DNA of 44,739 nucleotides from a virus (Duplodnaviria; Heunggongvirae; Uroviricota; Caudoviricetes): IMG/VR virus record IMGVR_UViG_2713896776_000002; one strand, 5' to 3'. Shown piece by piece: positions 19,613 to 27,980 of this stretch (position 1 is its first letter; each line of letters starts with the position of its first letter). The notes under the pieces were generated by a model. It saw only the letters and a program-made list of their open reading frames with translations, ran no database searches and was not told where the DNA came from. The position numbers and the translations under genes were made by a program.

Positions 19613-19718
19613 AATTCCCATAATCCCTAACCATGTACCTCCAAAGCCCAGACCACCATCACCAAAGTCACACAGGCTTTATGAGTATGAATTAATAATG
19701 GATTCTATATTGAGATGA
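19602..19718 (+). CDS. Small proline-rich peptide 2 (38 aa; MTNRIPIIPNHVPPKPRPPSPKSHRLYEYELIMDSILR)
   Basis: ATG with AAGGTG RBS, overlaps the membrane-protein stop; paralogous motif to peptides 1 and 3. Confidence 0.3.
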   Translation: MTNRIPIIPNHVPPKPRPPSPKSHRLYEYELIMDSILR

Positions 19719-19722
19719 CCAA

Positions 19723-19812
19723 ATGAATGCATTTATATATACATGGAAAGAGGATCATATACCCTTAAAACCTCGTCCTTCACCGCCAGAACCGAAGCCA
19801 AAATCCCGTTAA
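19723..19812 (+). CDS. Small proline-rich peptide 3 (29 aa; MNAFIYTWKEDHIPLKPRPSPPEPKPKSR)
   Basis: Starts 4 nt after the peptide-2 stop; weak RBS; same motif family. Confidence 0.25.
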   Translation: MNAFIYTWKEDHIPLKPRPSPPEPKPKSR

Positions 19813-19953
19813 GTGTTGGGGATCTCCAGATTGTTAAAGAGCGAAGCGTCCTATAGAGCGCTTTTTTGTTGCTAACGAATCATCCTGGACTTCATATGCC
19901 CCAGGCGGCTACTTCGTGGGCGTCCTGCCTGTTCGTTATCTTTGATATAAAAT

Positions 19954-20038
19954 CTAACTTAACTTAGTTATTATGGCAAGAGAAAACACCAAACTTTTCT
20001 TAGTTCGGTGCCTTAGTTAGAGAAGAGAGGTCTTAGAG
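19954..20038. promoter_or_regulatory. Cluster of CTAAG/CTTAG half-site repeats downstream of cI (OL-like operator candidates)
   Basis: ctaacttaacttag, cttagttcggtgccttag, tcttagag; same half-sites as in the cI-cro intergenic region. Confidence 0.35.
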
Positions 20039-20659
20039 TTCGTATTGAACTCCTTTGACTACACCAATGATAAGGCAATTACCATTGATAGGGATGTTGG
20101 GATACCGAGGATTTAATGGCACTAAAAACTTTTGAGGGCCATCGATGACTAATTTTTTTACTGTAGCTTCGTTTGTTCCATCAAGTCGAGCGATGACTAT
20201 TTTTCCATGACGAGGTTCTGCATCTGGATCTACAATCACTGTTGCGCCTTCTGGTATTGTTGGGAGGCCATTAGGGTTAGTCATGGAGTCACCTTTAACC
20301 TCTAATGCAAATGAGTTATCACCAATCTTTAATGATGTATCTACCCACTTGTCCACTTCACTAAACACTTCTGCTGCCCTGCACTCAGTAAACTGCCCAG
20401 CCTGAACCCACGATATTACAGGAACTCTGCGCATGTTTGTGACGAGTTTGCCTTCAAACTCAGCACCATAAAGAATGTAATCTATTGACGTATTGAAGAA
20501 CTTCGCTAATTTCGAAAGTGCCTCCCCACCAGGGGTATTGATGTCTTTCTCCCAGTACCCCACAGCAACGTCGCTTACTCCACAAAATTTACCCAATTCT
20601 TTCTGGGACGTTCCGGTAACTCTTCTCAGAGCTTTTATACGCTGACCAACCGTTTCCAT
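20033..20659 (-). CDS. cI: CI-like prophage repressor (XRE HTH + S24 LexA-like peptidase domain)
   Basis: 208 aa; N-terminal HTH (QKELGKFCGVSDVAVGYWEKD), C-terminal S24 motifs (GDSM ... K); divergent from the cro-like gene. Confidence 0.85.
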   Translation of the reverse strand: METVGQRIKALRRVTGTSQKELGKFCGVSDVAVGYWEKDINTPGGEALSKLAKFFNTSIDYILYGAEFEGKLVTNMRRVPVISWVQAGQFTECRAAEVFSEVDKWVDTSLKIGDNSFALEVKGDSMTNPNGLPTIPEGATVIVDPDAEPRHGKIVIARLDGTNEATVKKLVIDGPQKFLVPLNPRYPNIPINGNCLIIGVVKGVQYEL

Positions 20660-20681
20660 AGGAGCACCATTTCTTGAATTG

Positions 20682-20744
20682 CTAAGTAATCTTAGTTTTT
20701 ATTGACCAAAGATAGATTTGTAATTAGCATCTAATAAAACTTAG
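20682..20744. promoter_or_regulatory. OR-like operator/promoter region between cI and cro
   Basis: Palindromic sites CTAAGtaatCTTAG (20682-20695) and CTAATaaaaCTTAG (20731-20744); TTGACC -35-like at 20702. Confidence 0.45.
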
Positions 20745-20756
20745 TTTGGAGGGCGT

Positions 20757-20957
20757 ATGACAACTGACGATATCGAAAGCTACTTCGGCAGTATTGAGAA
20801 AGTTGCTGCTTTTTTCGGCATAACAACTGAAGCCGTTTATCAGTGGCGAAACCGTCCGGGCCAGTTAATTCCAAAAGGACGTGCAGCAGAAGCTGCATAT
20901 AGAACTTGCGGACGGTTGCCATTTAAACCTGAGCTTTATGAAAAATCTAATGGATAA
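20757..20957 (+). CDS. cro: Cro-like DNA-binding protein
   Basis: 66 aa, divergent from cI; HTH-like (IEKVAAFFGITTEAVYQWRNR). Confidence 0.65.
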   Translation: MTTDDIESYFGSIEKVAAFFGITTEAVYQWRNRPGQLIPKGRAAEAAYRTCGRLPFKPELYEKSNG

Positions 20958-21546
20958 ATCGATTAACAGAAACCACAGAACGATGAGGCTAACCGTGGGT
21001 AAGCATCACTGGAAAGTAGAAAAACAGCCTGAGTGGTACGTGAAAGCTGTCAGAAAAACTATCGCAGCGTTGCCGGGTGGTTACGCTGAAGCAGCTGACT
21101 GGCTGGATGTAACAGAAAACGCATTATTTAACCGCCTTCGTGCCGATGGCGATCAGATTTTCCCGCTGGGATGGGCAATGATTTTGCAACGTGCTGGTGG
21201 AACTCACTTCATTGCTGACGCTGTGGCGCAGTCTGCAAATGGCGTCTTTGTGTCTCTTCCTGACGTCGAGGATGTGGACAACGCCGATATTAACCAGCGC
21301 CTGCTGGAAGTCATTGAACAGATTGGCAGTTATTCCAGACAGATTCGTTCGGCAATCGAAGACGGTGTGGTGGAACCGCATGAGAAGACAGCAATTAACG
21401 ACGAGCTGTATCTCTCAATTTCGAAGCTGCAGGAGCATGCAGCACTGGTCTACAAAATCTTTTGCATTTCAGAAAGTAATGACGCCCGCGAGTGTGCAGC
21501 TCCGGGCGCCGTGGCGTGTCGTGACTGTGGAGAAACTAACGCATGA
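20950..21546 (+). CDS. CII-like / YdaT-like regulatory protein
   Basis: ORF 20881-21546; start placed at ATG 20950 overlapping the cro stop; position of cII. Family assignment tentative. Confidence 0.4.
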   Translation: MDKSINRNHRTMRLTVGKHHWKVEKQPEWYVKAVRKTIAALPGGYAEAADWLDVTENALFNRLRADGDQIFPLGWAMILQRAGGTHFIADAVAQSANGVFVSLPDVEDVDNADINQRLLEVIEQIGSYSRQIRSAIEDGVVEPHEKTAINDELYLSISKLQEHAALVYKIFCISESNDARECAAPGAVACRDCGETNA

Positions 21547-21881
21547 ACAGTTTAACAACACACTACCGTCGCTCGCAACTGATTGCGCTTCCTGTACCGG
21601 GTGGAAAAGCGAAGGTGGAGTATTGCTATGCAGTTAATGTACCAGGTGACAGGGAAATTGTAACCCACAGCTTTGCTGAGTGGGCTGTGGGTGATTTCAA
21701 CCGGCAGAAGGAGACAGTCCTTTGCGACAAGTTAACCGCTGGTTCAAAGATCACTACGGAGTGCCCGTCAGAGTCATTCGTTGGGAGCCGGAAACACAAC
21801 GAGTTATCTACCTCCGCGAAGGCTATGAGCATGAGTGCTTCAGCCCGCTCGAACAGTTTCGTCGTAAATTCAGGGAAATAG
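21543..21881 (+). CDS. Hypothetical protein; N-terminal half looks coding, C-terminal half looks out of frame (possible frameshift, see findings)
   Basis: ATG overlaps upstream stop (ATGA); composition turns low-complexity after ~residue 60. Confidence 0.3.
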   Translation: MNSLTTHYRRSQLIALPVPGGKAKVEYCYAVNVPGDREIVTHSFAEWAVGDFNRQKETVLCDKLTAGSKITTECPSESFVGSRKHNELSTSAKAMSMSASARSNSFVVNSGK

Positions 21882-21901
21882 AGGTCGGTCATGAGCACTA
21901 A
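21722..21901 (+). CDS. Small protein (59 aa, TTG start) translationally coupled to O
   Basis: AAGGAG RBS 8 nt upstream of TTG; encodes [59 protein letters not shown]; its stop overlaps the O start. Confidence 0.35.
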   Translation: MRQVNRWFKDHYGVPVRVIRWEPETQRVIYLREGYEHECFSPLEQFRRKFREIEVGHEH

Positions 21902-22832
21902 ATTAACCGGCTATGTATGGGATGGTTGCGCTGCATCAGGCATGAAATTATCCAGCGTGGCAATTATGGCCCGCCTGGCTGATTTCAGTAATGACGAAGG
22001 TGTGTGCTGGCCATCAATTGAAACTATTGCCCGTCAGATTGGCGCGGGGATGAGTACCGTCAGGACGGCTATCGCACGGCTGGAAGCAGAAGGCTGGTTA
22101 ACGCGTAAGGCGCGTCGCCAGGGTAACCGCAATGCGTCGAATGTTTATCAGCTTAACGTTGCGAAGCTTCAGGCAGCGGCATTTTCTCAACTGTCAGATT
22201 CTGACCCGTCAAAATCTGACGCATCAAAATCTGACCCGTCAAAATTTGATGCGTCGAAATCTGGCAAAAAAGCGGGTTTTCACCCGTCAGAATCTGGCGG
22301 GGATCCGTCAGTAAAATCAAAACATGATCCGTCAGATAAAAAACCTTCTCGTCCGGACGCTTCGCAACCGGACACGCAGACGGATGAACAGGATTTTTTA
22401 ACTCGCCATCCTGATGCGGTTGTATTCAGCCCTAAAAAGCGCCAGTGGGGAACGCAGGATGATTTGACCTGCGCACAGTGGCTCTGGAAAAAAATCATCG
22501 CCCTGTACGAGCAAGCCGCCGAATGTGACGGCGAGGTGGTTCGTCCCAAAGAACCGAACTGGACAGCCTGGGCAAACGAAATTCGCCTGATGTGTGTGCA
22601 GGATGGTCGTACTCACAAACAAATCTGCGAGATGTACAGCCGCGTCAGCCGCGATCCGTTCTGGTGCCGTAACGTGCTCAGCCCGTCGAAGTTGCGGGAA
22701 AAATGGGATGAGCTTTCCCTGCGCTTATCACCGTCCGTCAGCACGTACACCGAAAAACGCGAAGACCCGTACTTCAAATCCAGTTACGACAACGTGGACT
22801 ACAGCCAGATCCCGGCAGGGTTCAGGGGGTGA
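21891..22832 (+). CDS. O: Replication initiation protein O-like (N-terminal HTH, internal iteron-encoded repeats)
   Basis: 313 aa; N-terminus [51 protein letters not shown]; repeat SDSDPSKSDASKSDPSKFDASKSG encoded by DNA iterons. Confidence 0.8.
   Translation: MSTKLTGYVWDGCAASGMKLSSVAIMARLADFSNDEGVCWPSIETIARQIGAGMSTVRTAIARLEAEGWLTRKARRQGNRNASNVYQLNVAKLQAAAFSQLSDSDPSKSDASKSDPSKFDASKSGKKAGFHPSESGGDPSVKSKHDPSDKKPSRPDASQPDTQTDEQDFLTRHPDAVVFSPKKRQWGTQDDLTCAQWLWKKIIALYEQAAECDGEVVRPKEPNWTAWANEIRLMCVQDGRTHKQICEMYSRVSRDPFWCRNVLSPSKLREKWDELSLRLSPSVSTYTEKREDPYFKSSYDNVDYSQIPAGFRG
22191..22345. repeat. Iteron array (ori-lambda-like origin inside the O gene)
   Basis: Five or more tandem ~15-bp repeats of the TCAAAATCTGAC type (22191-22265), further degenerate copies to ~22345, followed by an A-rich stretch. 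Confidence 0.65.
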
Positions 22833-22834
22833 TC

Positions 22835-23314
22835 ATGAGCCTGATGAGTGAGATTCAAAAATTCATTGAAAGCAATCCTGGATGTACGACCGGTGATATT
22901 GCGAACGCGTTTGCATACTTTCCACGTCCCCGTGTACTGAATACGACCAGTAAGTTACGCCAGTGCAGACGTGTCGCTTATCGTAGTGAAGGCAAAACAC
23001 ACCGGCATTTTTCTCGCAAGGCTGTGTTGCCACCTGAGCCGGTGCTGAAGCATATGAGTGTGGCCAGTAAAAGCTACGTCGGCACTAATGATCAGCGGGT
23101 GATTTTGCGCCTGATTCAGCAGACAGAAGATCTGGAGTCAAGAGGTTTATTTCGTCGTGCTGCAACGGTGTGGATGGAGGCATTCCGTGAAAGCCACTCC
23201 CAGTCAGAACGAAACAATTTTCTGGCGCGCCGTGAGCGGTGTGTACGCAAAAGTAAAAGGTGCGTGGCATCGGGTGAAGAGTGGTATCTGCCAGGCAATT
23301 ACGTGGGGGCTTAA
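22835..23314 (+). CDS. Hypothetical replication-region protein
   Basis: ORF 22829-23314; ATG 22835 after AGGGGG RBS; no recognised motif. Confidence 0.4.
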   Translation: MSLMSEIQKFIESNPGCTTGDIANAFAYFPRPRVLNTTSKLRQCRRVAYRSEGKTHRHFSRKAVLPPEPVLKHMSVASKSYVGTNDQRVILRLIQQTEDLESRGLFRRAATVWMEAFRESHSQSERNNFLARRERCVRKSKRCVASGEEWYLPGNYVGA

Positions 23315-23640
23315 TGACGACGTTAACTCAATGCCAGCAGCAGGTGCTGGATATGCTGATTTCTTACCAGAAAGAACGTGGCTTCCCGCCAACCAATCAG
23401 GAGGTGGCAACCATGCTGGGATACCGTTCGGTGAATGCAGCGGTGGAGCATCTTCGCGCACTGGAGAAAAAAGGCGTCATCACAATAAAGCGTGGCGTGG
23501 CCCGGGGGATAACGCTTCATACCGCAGTGAAGGACGACGACAGCGAGACGGTCGGGATTATCCGCGCACTGCTTGCCGGTGAGGAAAACGCAAGGCTGCG
23601 TGCAACCCACTGGTTACATGAGAGGGGCCTGAAAGTATGA
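23314..23640 (+). CDS. LexA-DNA-binding-domain-like winged-helix protein
   Basis: ORF 23281-23640; start placed at MTTLTQCQQQVLDMLISYQKERGFPPTNQEVATMLGYRS... (TAATG overlap with upstream gene); resembles the LexA N-terminal DNA-binding domain. Confidence 0.45.
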   Translation: MTTLTQCQQQVLDMLISYQKERGFPPTNQEVATMLGYRSVNAAVEHLRALEKKGVITIKRGVARGITLHTAVKDDDSETVGIIRALLAGEENARLRATHWLHERGLKV

Positions 23641-24026
23641 AGCTGATCCTGCCTTTTCCGCCCAGCGTGAACACGTACTGGCGACACCCCAACAAAGGGG
23701 CGTTTGCTGGTAAGAGCCTGATAAGCGCGGCGGGGCGAAAATTCCAGAGCGCGGCGTGCGCAGCAATAGTTGAGCAGTTACGTCGTCTGCCGAAACCAAC
23801 GTCGGCACCTGCTTCAGTGGAGATCGTGTTGTTTCCTCCGGATAACCGGATCCGCGATCTGGACAACTATAACAAGGCGCTGTTTGACGCCCTGACCCAC
23901 GCGGGTGTGTGGGAAGACGACAGCCAGGTGAAAAGAATGTTGGTGGAGTGGGGACCGGTTATCCCGGAAGGGAAGGTCGAGATCACTATCAGTAAGTACG
24001 AGAAAACGGCGGGTGCAGCCGCCTGA
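23637..24026 (+). CDS. rusA: RusA-family Holliday-junction resolvase
   Basis: 129 aa; N-terminus MKLILPFPPSVNTYW and conserved acidic residues typical of RusA. Confidence 0.85.
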   Translation: MKLILPFPPSVNTYWRHPNKGAFAGKSLISAAGRKFQSAACAAIVEQLRRLPKPTSAPASVEIVLFPPDNRIRDLDNYNKALFDALTHAGVWEDDSQVKRMLVEWGPVIPEGKVEITISKYEKTAGAAA

Positions 24027-24045
24027 TCAAGAGGAGAAACGAAGT

Positions 24046-24843
24046 ATGAATAATCTGATGGTCATTGATGGTATTGAAGTTCGTCGTGATGCTTATGGGC
24101 GTTACAGCCTGAACGATCTGCACAGGGCTGCCGGTTCTCTGGATAAGCATAAGCCTGCATTCTGGCTCCGCAATGAGCAAACTGAACGTTTAATAAGCGA
24201 GTTGCAGATTTGCAACTCGGTCAATATAGAGCCAGTTAACGTTATTCGTGGCGGAAATAACCAGGGGACGTATGTCTGCAAAGAACTGGTGTATGCCTAT
24301 GCAATGTGGATCAGCCCGTCATTCCATCTGAAGGTGATCCGTACTTTCGATATGGTAGCCAGCACACCGGAAAAATTATCCGGGCAGGCTGCTGACAAGA
24401 TGCAGGCTGGCGTGATCCTGCTGGACTTTATGCGCCGGGAATTAAACCTGTCTAACTCATCAGTGCTTGGTGCCTGTCAGAAACTCCAGGAGGCTGTTGG
24501 CTTACCGAATCTGGCACCGCGCTATGCCATTGATGCTCCTGCTGACGCGCCTGATGGCTCAAGCCGCCCCACGCTGTCACTGAGTGCACTGCTGAAGCAG
24601 TATGGTATCCGCCTGACAGCTAATCAGGCATATCACCAGATGGTGAAGCTGGGGATCGTCGAGCAGCGCGAACGATACAGCCGTACCGCGATTAACAACA
24701 TCAAAAAATTCTGGTCGCTGACAGCGAAAGGCTGCATGTTCGGCAAGAATATCACCAGTCCCGCAAATCCGCGCGAGACGCAGCCGCATTTCTTCGAATC
24801 CCGATTCCCTGAGCTGTTAAAGCTGCTCGATACCGTTCATTGA
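24046..24843 (+). CDS. KilA-N domain protein (antirepressor-like)
   Basis: ORF 24013-24843; start placed at MNNLMVIDGIEVRRD after AGGAGA RBS; KilA-N-type N-terminus. Confidence 0.55.
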   Translation: MNNLMVIDGIEVRRDAYGRYSLNDLHRAAGSLDKHKPAFWLRNEQTERLISELQICNSVNIEPVNVIRGGNNQGTYVCKELVYAYAMWISPSFHLKVIRTFDMVASTPEKLSGQAADKMQAGVILLDFMRRELNLSNSSVLGACQKLQEAVGLPNLAPRYAIDAPADAPDGSSRPTLSLSALLKQYGIRLTANQAYHQMVKLGIVEQRERYSRTAINNIKKFWSLTAKGCMFGKNITSPANPRETQPHFFESRFPELLKLLDTVH

Positions 24844-24844
24844 G

Positions 24845-25840
24845 GTGACCGTGAGAGCACTACTGACCCCTGAAATTGCCCCGCGTATGGGGATCGTATT
24901 GTTCAGGCCAGGTTCAGAGTTGATGCCCCTGTTTATGCAGGGGCGTGTCCTGCTGGAGCCTGAGCCGGAACGTTATTCATCTTTCGCCAGTGGTGCAGTT
25001 CCGGCGGCATCACAACCGCTGGCGGATGATCCTGCCGTTCGGGCCGTGTTCCGCAATGAGGCAGTGATCCGTCGTGCTGGTGGCGTGGAATGTCTTGAAA
25101 GCTGGTTACTTCGTGAAAAAGGCTGCCAGTGGCCTCATTCCGACTGGCACAGCGAGAACATGACCACAATGCGACACGCTCCGGGCGCAATCCGTCTGTG
25201 CTGGCACTGCGATAACCAGCTGCGCGATCAGTTCACGGAACGGCTGGAATCAATGGCAACGGATAACTGTGCCCGCTGGGTGTTGTCTGTTGTGCGTCGG
25301 GATCTCGGTTTTGATGACAGTCACGTTGTGACAATGCCGGAACTGTGCTGGTGGCTGGTTCGTAATGACCTGGCTGATGCCTTACCGGAAAGTGCAGCCC
25401 GTAAGGTACTGAGATTACCGAAGCCTGTTGTGCCGTCTGTCACCCGGGAGAGTGACCTTGTGCCTTCGGTTCCTGCCACCAGCATTATCCAGGATAAAGC
25501 GAAAAAGGTGCTGGCGCTGAAAGTGGATCCGGAGTCGCCGGAGTCTTTTATGTTACGCCCAAAACGTCGCCGCTGGGTTAATGAAAAGTACACGCGCTGG
25601 GTTAAGACACAGCCGTGTGCATGTTGTGGTAAGCCTGCTGATGATCCCCACCACCTGATAGGTCACGGTCAGGGTGGAATGGGTACTAAAGCGCATGACC
25701 TCTTTGTGTTGCCTTTGTGCAGAAAGCATCACGACGAGCTGCATGCGAATACCGTGGCATTTGAAGAGAAGTATGGCTCCCAGCTGGAGCTGATATTTCG
25801 TTTTATCGATCATGCGCTGGCAATAGGCGTACTGGCGTAA
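24845..25840 (+). CDS. DUF968-family prophage protein
   Basis: 331 aa; C-terminal Cys/His cluster CACCGKPADDPHHLIGHGQGGMGTKAHDLFVLPLCRKHHDELH. Confidence 0.55.
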   Translation: MTVRALLTPEIAPRMGIVLFRPGSELMPLFMQGRVLLEPEPERYSSFASGAVPAASQPLADDPAVRAVFRNEAVIRRAGGVECLESWLLREKGCQWPHSDWHSENMTTMRHAPGAIRLCWHCDNQLRDQFTERLESMATDNCARWVLSVVRRDLGFDDSHVVTMPELCWWLVRNDLADALPESAARKVLRLPKPVVPSVTRESDLVPSVPATSIIQDKAKKVLALKVDPESPESFMLRPKRRRWVNEKYTRWVKTQPCACCGKPADDPHHLIGHGQGGMGTKAHDLFVLPLCRKHHDELHANTVAFEEKYGSQLELIFRFIDHALAIGVLA

Positions 25841-25853
25841 GTGGAGAACGAGC

Positions 25854-26606
25854 ATGAACCTTGAAGCCTTACCAAAATATTACTCCCCAAAATCTCCAAA
25901 ATTGAGTGATGACGCACCGGCGACAGGCTCTGGTGGTTTAACAATTACAGATGTGATGGCTGCGCAGGGGATGGTGCAGTCGAAAGCACCACTGGGTTTT
26001 GCCTTATTCCTGGCAAAAGTTGGTGTTCAGGATCCTCAGTTTGCGATTGAAGGTCTGCTCAATTACGCGATGGCACTGGATAACCCGACATTGAACAAAT
26101 TGAGTGAAGAAACCCGGTTACAGATCATCCCTTACCTTGTGAATTTTGCCTTTGCTGATTATTCCAGGTCTGCGGCAAGTAAGGCTCGCTGTGAGCATTG
26201 TGCTGGTACTGGATTTCATAATGTATTGCGCGAAGTGGTGAAACACTCCAGAAGCGGGGAATCCATTATCAAGGAAGAGAGGGTGAAGGAACTATGTCAG
26301 CATTGTCATGGTAAGGGAGAAGTCAGCACGGCGTGCAGAGGATGTAAGGGTAAAGGTATTGTCCTGGATGAAAAAAGAACCCGGCTTCATGGCACGCCTG
26401 TTTATAAGATTTGTGGGCGTTGCAATGGAAACCGGTTTAGTCGTTTACCAACCACAATGGCGCGGCATCATGTCCAGAAGCTGGTACCAGACCTGACGGA
26501 TTATCAGTGGTACAAAGGATATGCAGATGTCATTGATAAACTGGTGACAAAGTGCTGGCAGGAAGAAGCATATGCTGAGACACAATTGAGGAGAGTGACA
26601 AGATAA
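25854..26606 (+). CDS. Q: Late-gene antitermination protein Q
   Basis: 250 aa; Cys-rich zinc-binding region (CEHCAGTG ... CQHCHGKG ... CRGCKGKG ... CGRCNG); sits before the late promoter/terminator and lysis genes. Confidence 0.75.
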   Translation: MNLEALPKYYSPKSPKLSDDAPATGSGGLTITDVMAAQGMVQSKAPLGFALFLAKVGVQDPQFAIEGLLNYAMALDNPTLNKLSEETRLQIIPYLVNFAFADYSRSAASKARCEHCAGTGFHNVLREVVKHSRSGESIIKEERVKELCQHCHGKGEVSTACRGCKGKGIVLDEKRTRLHGTPVYKICGRCNGNRFSRLPTTMARHHVQKLVPDLTDYQWYKGYADVIDKLVTKCWQEEAYAETQLRRVTR

Positions 26607-26714
26607 ATGATTTTCGCCGAAGATAGCGACATGATTCTTGCATTTTTCAAAAAATATGGTTAGGATTCTCCTAACGATGGGCTTTGTGTGTCTACCGTTG
26701 ATAATCTTCTTGAA

Positions 26715-26737
26715 CCCGCCATCGAGCGGGTTTTTTT
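26715..26737 (+). terminator. Rho-independent terminator (tR'-like) downstream of Q
   Basis: acccgc-catcga-gcgggt hairpin followed by TTTTTTT. Confidence 0.55.
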
Positions 26738-26808
26738 GTGCTCAAATTTCGAATAATGATTTGGTTATGCTATGTATTTATTTCCTTACTTACTGAGGGA
26801 GTGATGCA

Positions 26809-26988
26809 ATGAGCAATACAAGATGTAGTAATGAAAGTTGCAATAAAGAGTTTATTTATTGGGAGCACAGTGGAGGCTATCCAGGAGGAAAGGATAAAGA
26901 GCCAATTATTTGCCCTTACTGTGGCCACACAAACGGTTATGAAATGACCAGTGGATTGATTTCCAGTAAAAAAATAGAAGAACAGTAG
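26809..26988 (+). CDS. Small zinc-ribbon-like protein (59 aa)
   Basis: GAGGGAG RBS; MSNTRCSNESCNKEF...ICPYCGHTNGYE with CxxC...CxxC; not in the ORF track (below 60 aa). Confidence 0.35.
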   Translation: MSNTRCSNESCNKEFIYWEHSGGYPGGKDKEPIICPYCGHTNGYEMTSGLISSKKIEEQ

Positions 26989-27002
26989 TATTCATATCTG
27001 TC

Positions 27003-27029
27003 TAGCCCTGGCATTTGCTGGGGCTTTTT
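27003..27029 (+). terminator. Rho-independent terminator candidate
   Basis: agccc...gggct hairpin followed by TTTTT. Confidence 0.4.
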
Positions 27030-27073
27030 GTTGCCTTCGCCTGATGAATTGACATTGCTTAACCCTCTGTTGT

Positions 27074-27096
27074 CAGCCATATGCTGGCTTTTTTAT
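27074..27096 (+). terminator. Rho-independent terminator candidate
   Basis: agcca-tatgc-tggct hairpin followed by TTTTTT. Confidence 0.4.
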
Positions 27097-27199
27097 TCAA
27101 GGCTTGCGGGGAGCATCAACTCCGTGCTTTGTCGTTAAATTAACCCGTGAGCCTGCATTCTGACATTTAACGTCCCGGCCTTTTGTCGGCGGCGAAACA

Positions 27200-27517
27200 T
27201 TGGCTATTCATATGCACGAAAAAGAGAGCCTTGCCGGAGCGTTCTGGCTCGTTTTGCTGATCATTGCAGGTTGGGGCGGTCTGGTCCGCTACCTGATAGA
27301 TGTGAAGCAGAGTAAAGCAACGTGGAGTTGGATAAATGCTCTGGCTCAAATAGTGGTATCAGGATTCACCGGTGTTATTGGTGGCCTGATTAGCATCGAA
27401 AGTGGATTCAGTATTTACATGATTCTCGCGACAGCGGGGATTAGCGGTGCGATGGGGTCGGTTGCACTGACGTACTTCTGGGAACGACTGACAGGGGTGA
27501 AAAATGCAAAATCTTAA
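27200..27517 (+). CDS. Holin (class I, three predicted TM segments)
   Basis: 105 aa; three hydrophobic helices; immediately upstream of and overlapping the endolysin. Confidence 0.55.
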   Translation: MAIHMHEKESLAGAFWLVLLIIAGWGGLVRYLIDVKQSKATWSWINALAQIVVSGFTGVIGGLISIESGFSIYMILATAGISGAMGSVALTYFWERLTGVKNAKS

Positions 27518-27980
27518 TCCTCAGCGTAAAGCTTTCCTCGATATGGTGGCATGGTCAGAAGGAACGGATAACGGGCGACAACCGACACGTAACCACGGTT
27601 ATGATGTTATTGTCGGTGGAGAACTCTTCACTGATTACTCCGATCACCCTCGCAAGCTTGTCACGCTAAACCCGAAACTCAAATCAACAGCTGCAGGCCG
27701 TTATCAACTTCTTTCGCGCTGGTGGGATGCTTACCGCAAGCAGTTAGGGCTGACAGACTTCTCTCCTAAAAGCCAGGATGCTGTTGCATTACAGCAGATT
27801 AAAGAGCGTGGCGCTTTACCGATGATTGATCGCGGCGATATTCGTCAGGCTATCGATCGTTGCAGCAATATCTGGGCGTCGTTACCTGGTGCAGGTTACG
27901 GTCAGTATGAACATAAAATCGGTGACCTGATTTCCCGGTTTAAAGAGGCTGGTGGGGTGGTAAATGAAGTTGAGCTATAA
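27504..27980 (+). CDS. R: Endolysin, lambda R-like lytic transglycosylase
   Basis: 158 aa; near-identical over most of its length to lambda R as recalled (QRKAFLDM.AWSEGTDNGRQ.TRNHGYDVIVGGELFTDYSDHPRKLVTLNPKLKST.AGRYQLLSRWWDAYRKQLGL.DFSPKSQDAVALQQIKERGALPMIDRGDIRQAIDRCSNIWASLPGAGYGQ). Confidence 0.9.
   Translation: MQNLNPQRKAFLDMVAWSEGTDNGRQPTRNHGYDVIVGGELFTDYSDHPRKLVTLNPKLKSTAAGRYQLLSRWWDAYRKQLGLTDFSPKSQDAVALQQIKERGALPMIDRGDIRQAIDRCSNIWASLPGAGYGQYEHKIGDLISRFKEAGGVVNEVEL

Noticed and set aside
19482-19718. 78-aa ORF as a single gene
   Set aside because: Its 5' part overlaps the membrane-protein gene out of frame; only the 3' 38 codons (from ATG 19602 with RBS) resemble the paralogous peptides.
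19838-19867. Terminator after the third proline-rich peptide
   Set aside because: T-run is present but the upstream stem is only 3-4 bp with a G-U pair; too weak to call.
23157-23610. Overlapping ORFs (141 aa plus-strand, 95 aa minus-strand) across the 22835-23640 genes
   Set aside because: Alternative-frame or antisense overlaps with better-supported, translationally coupled ORFs.
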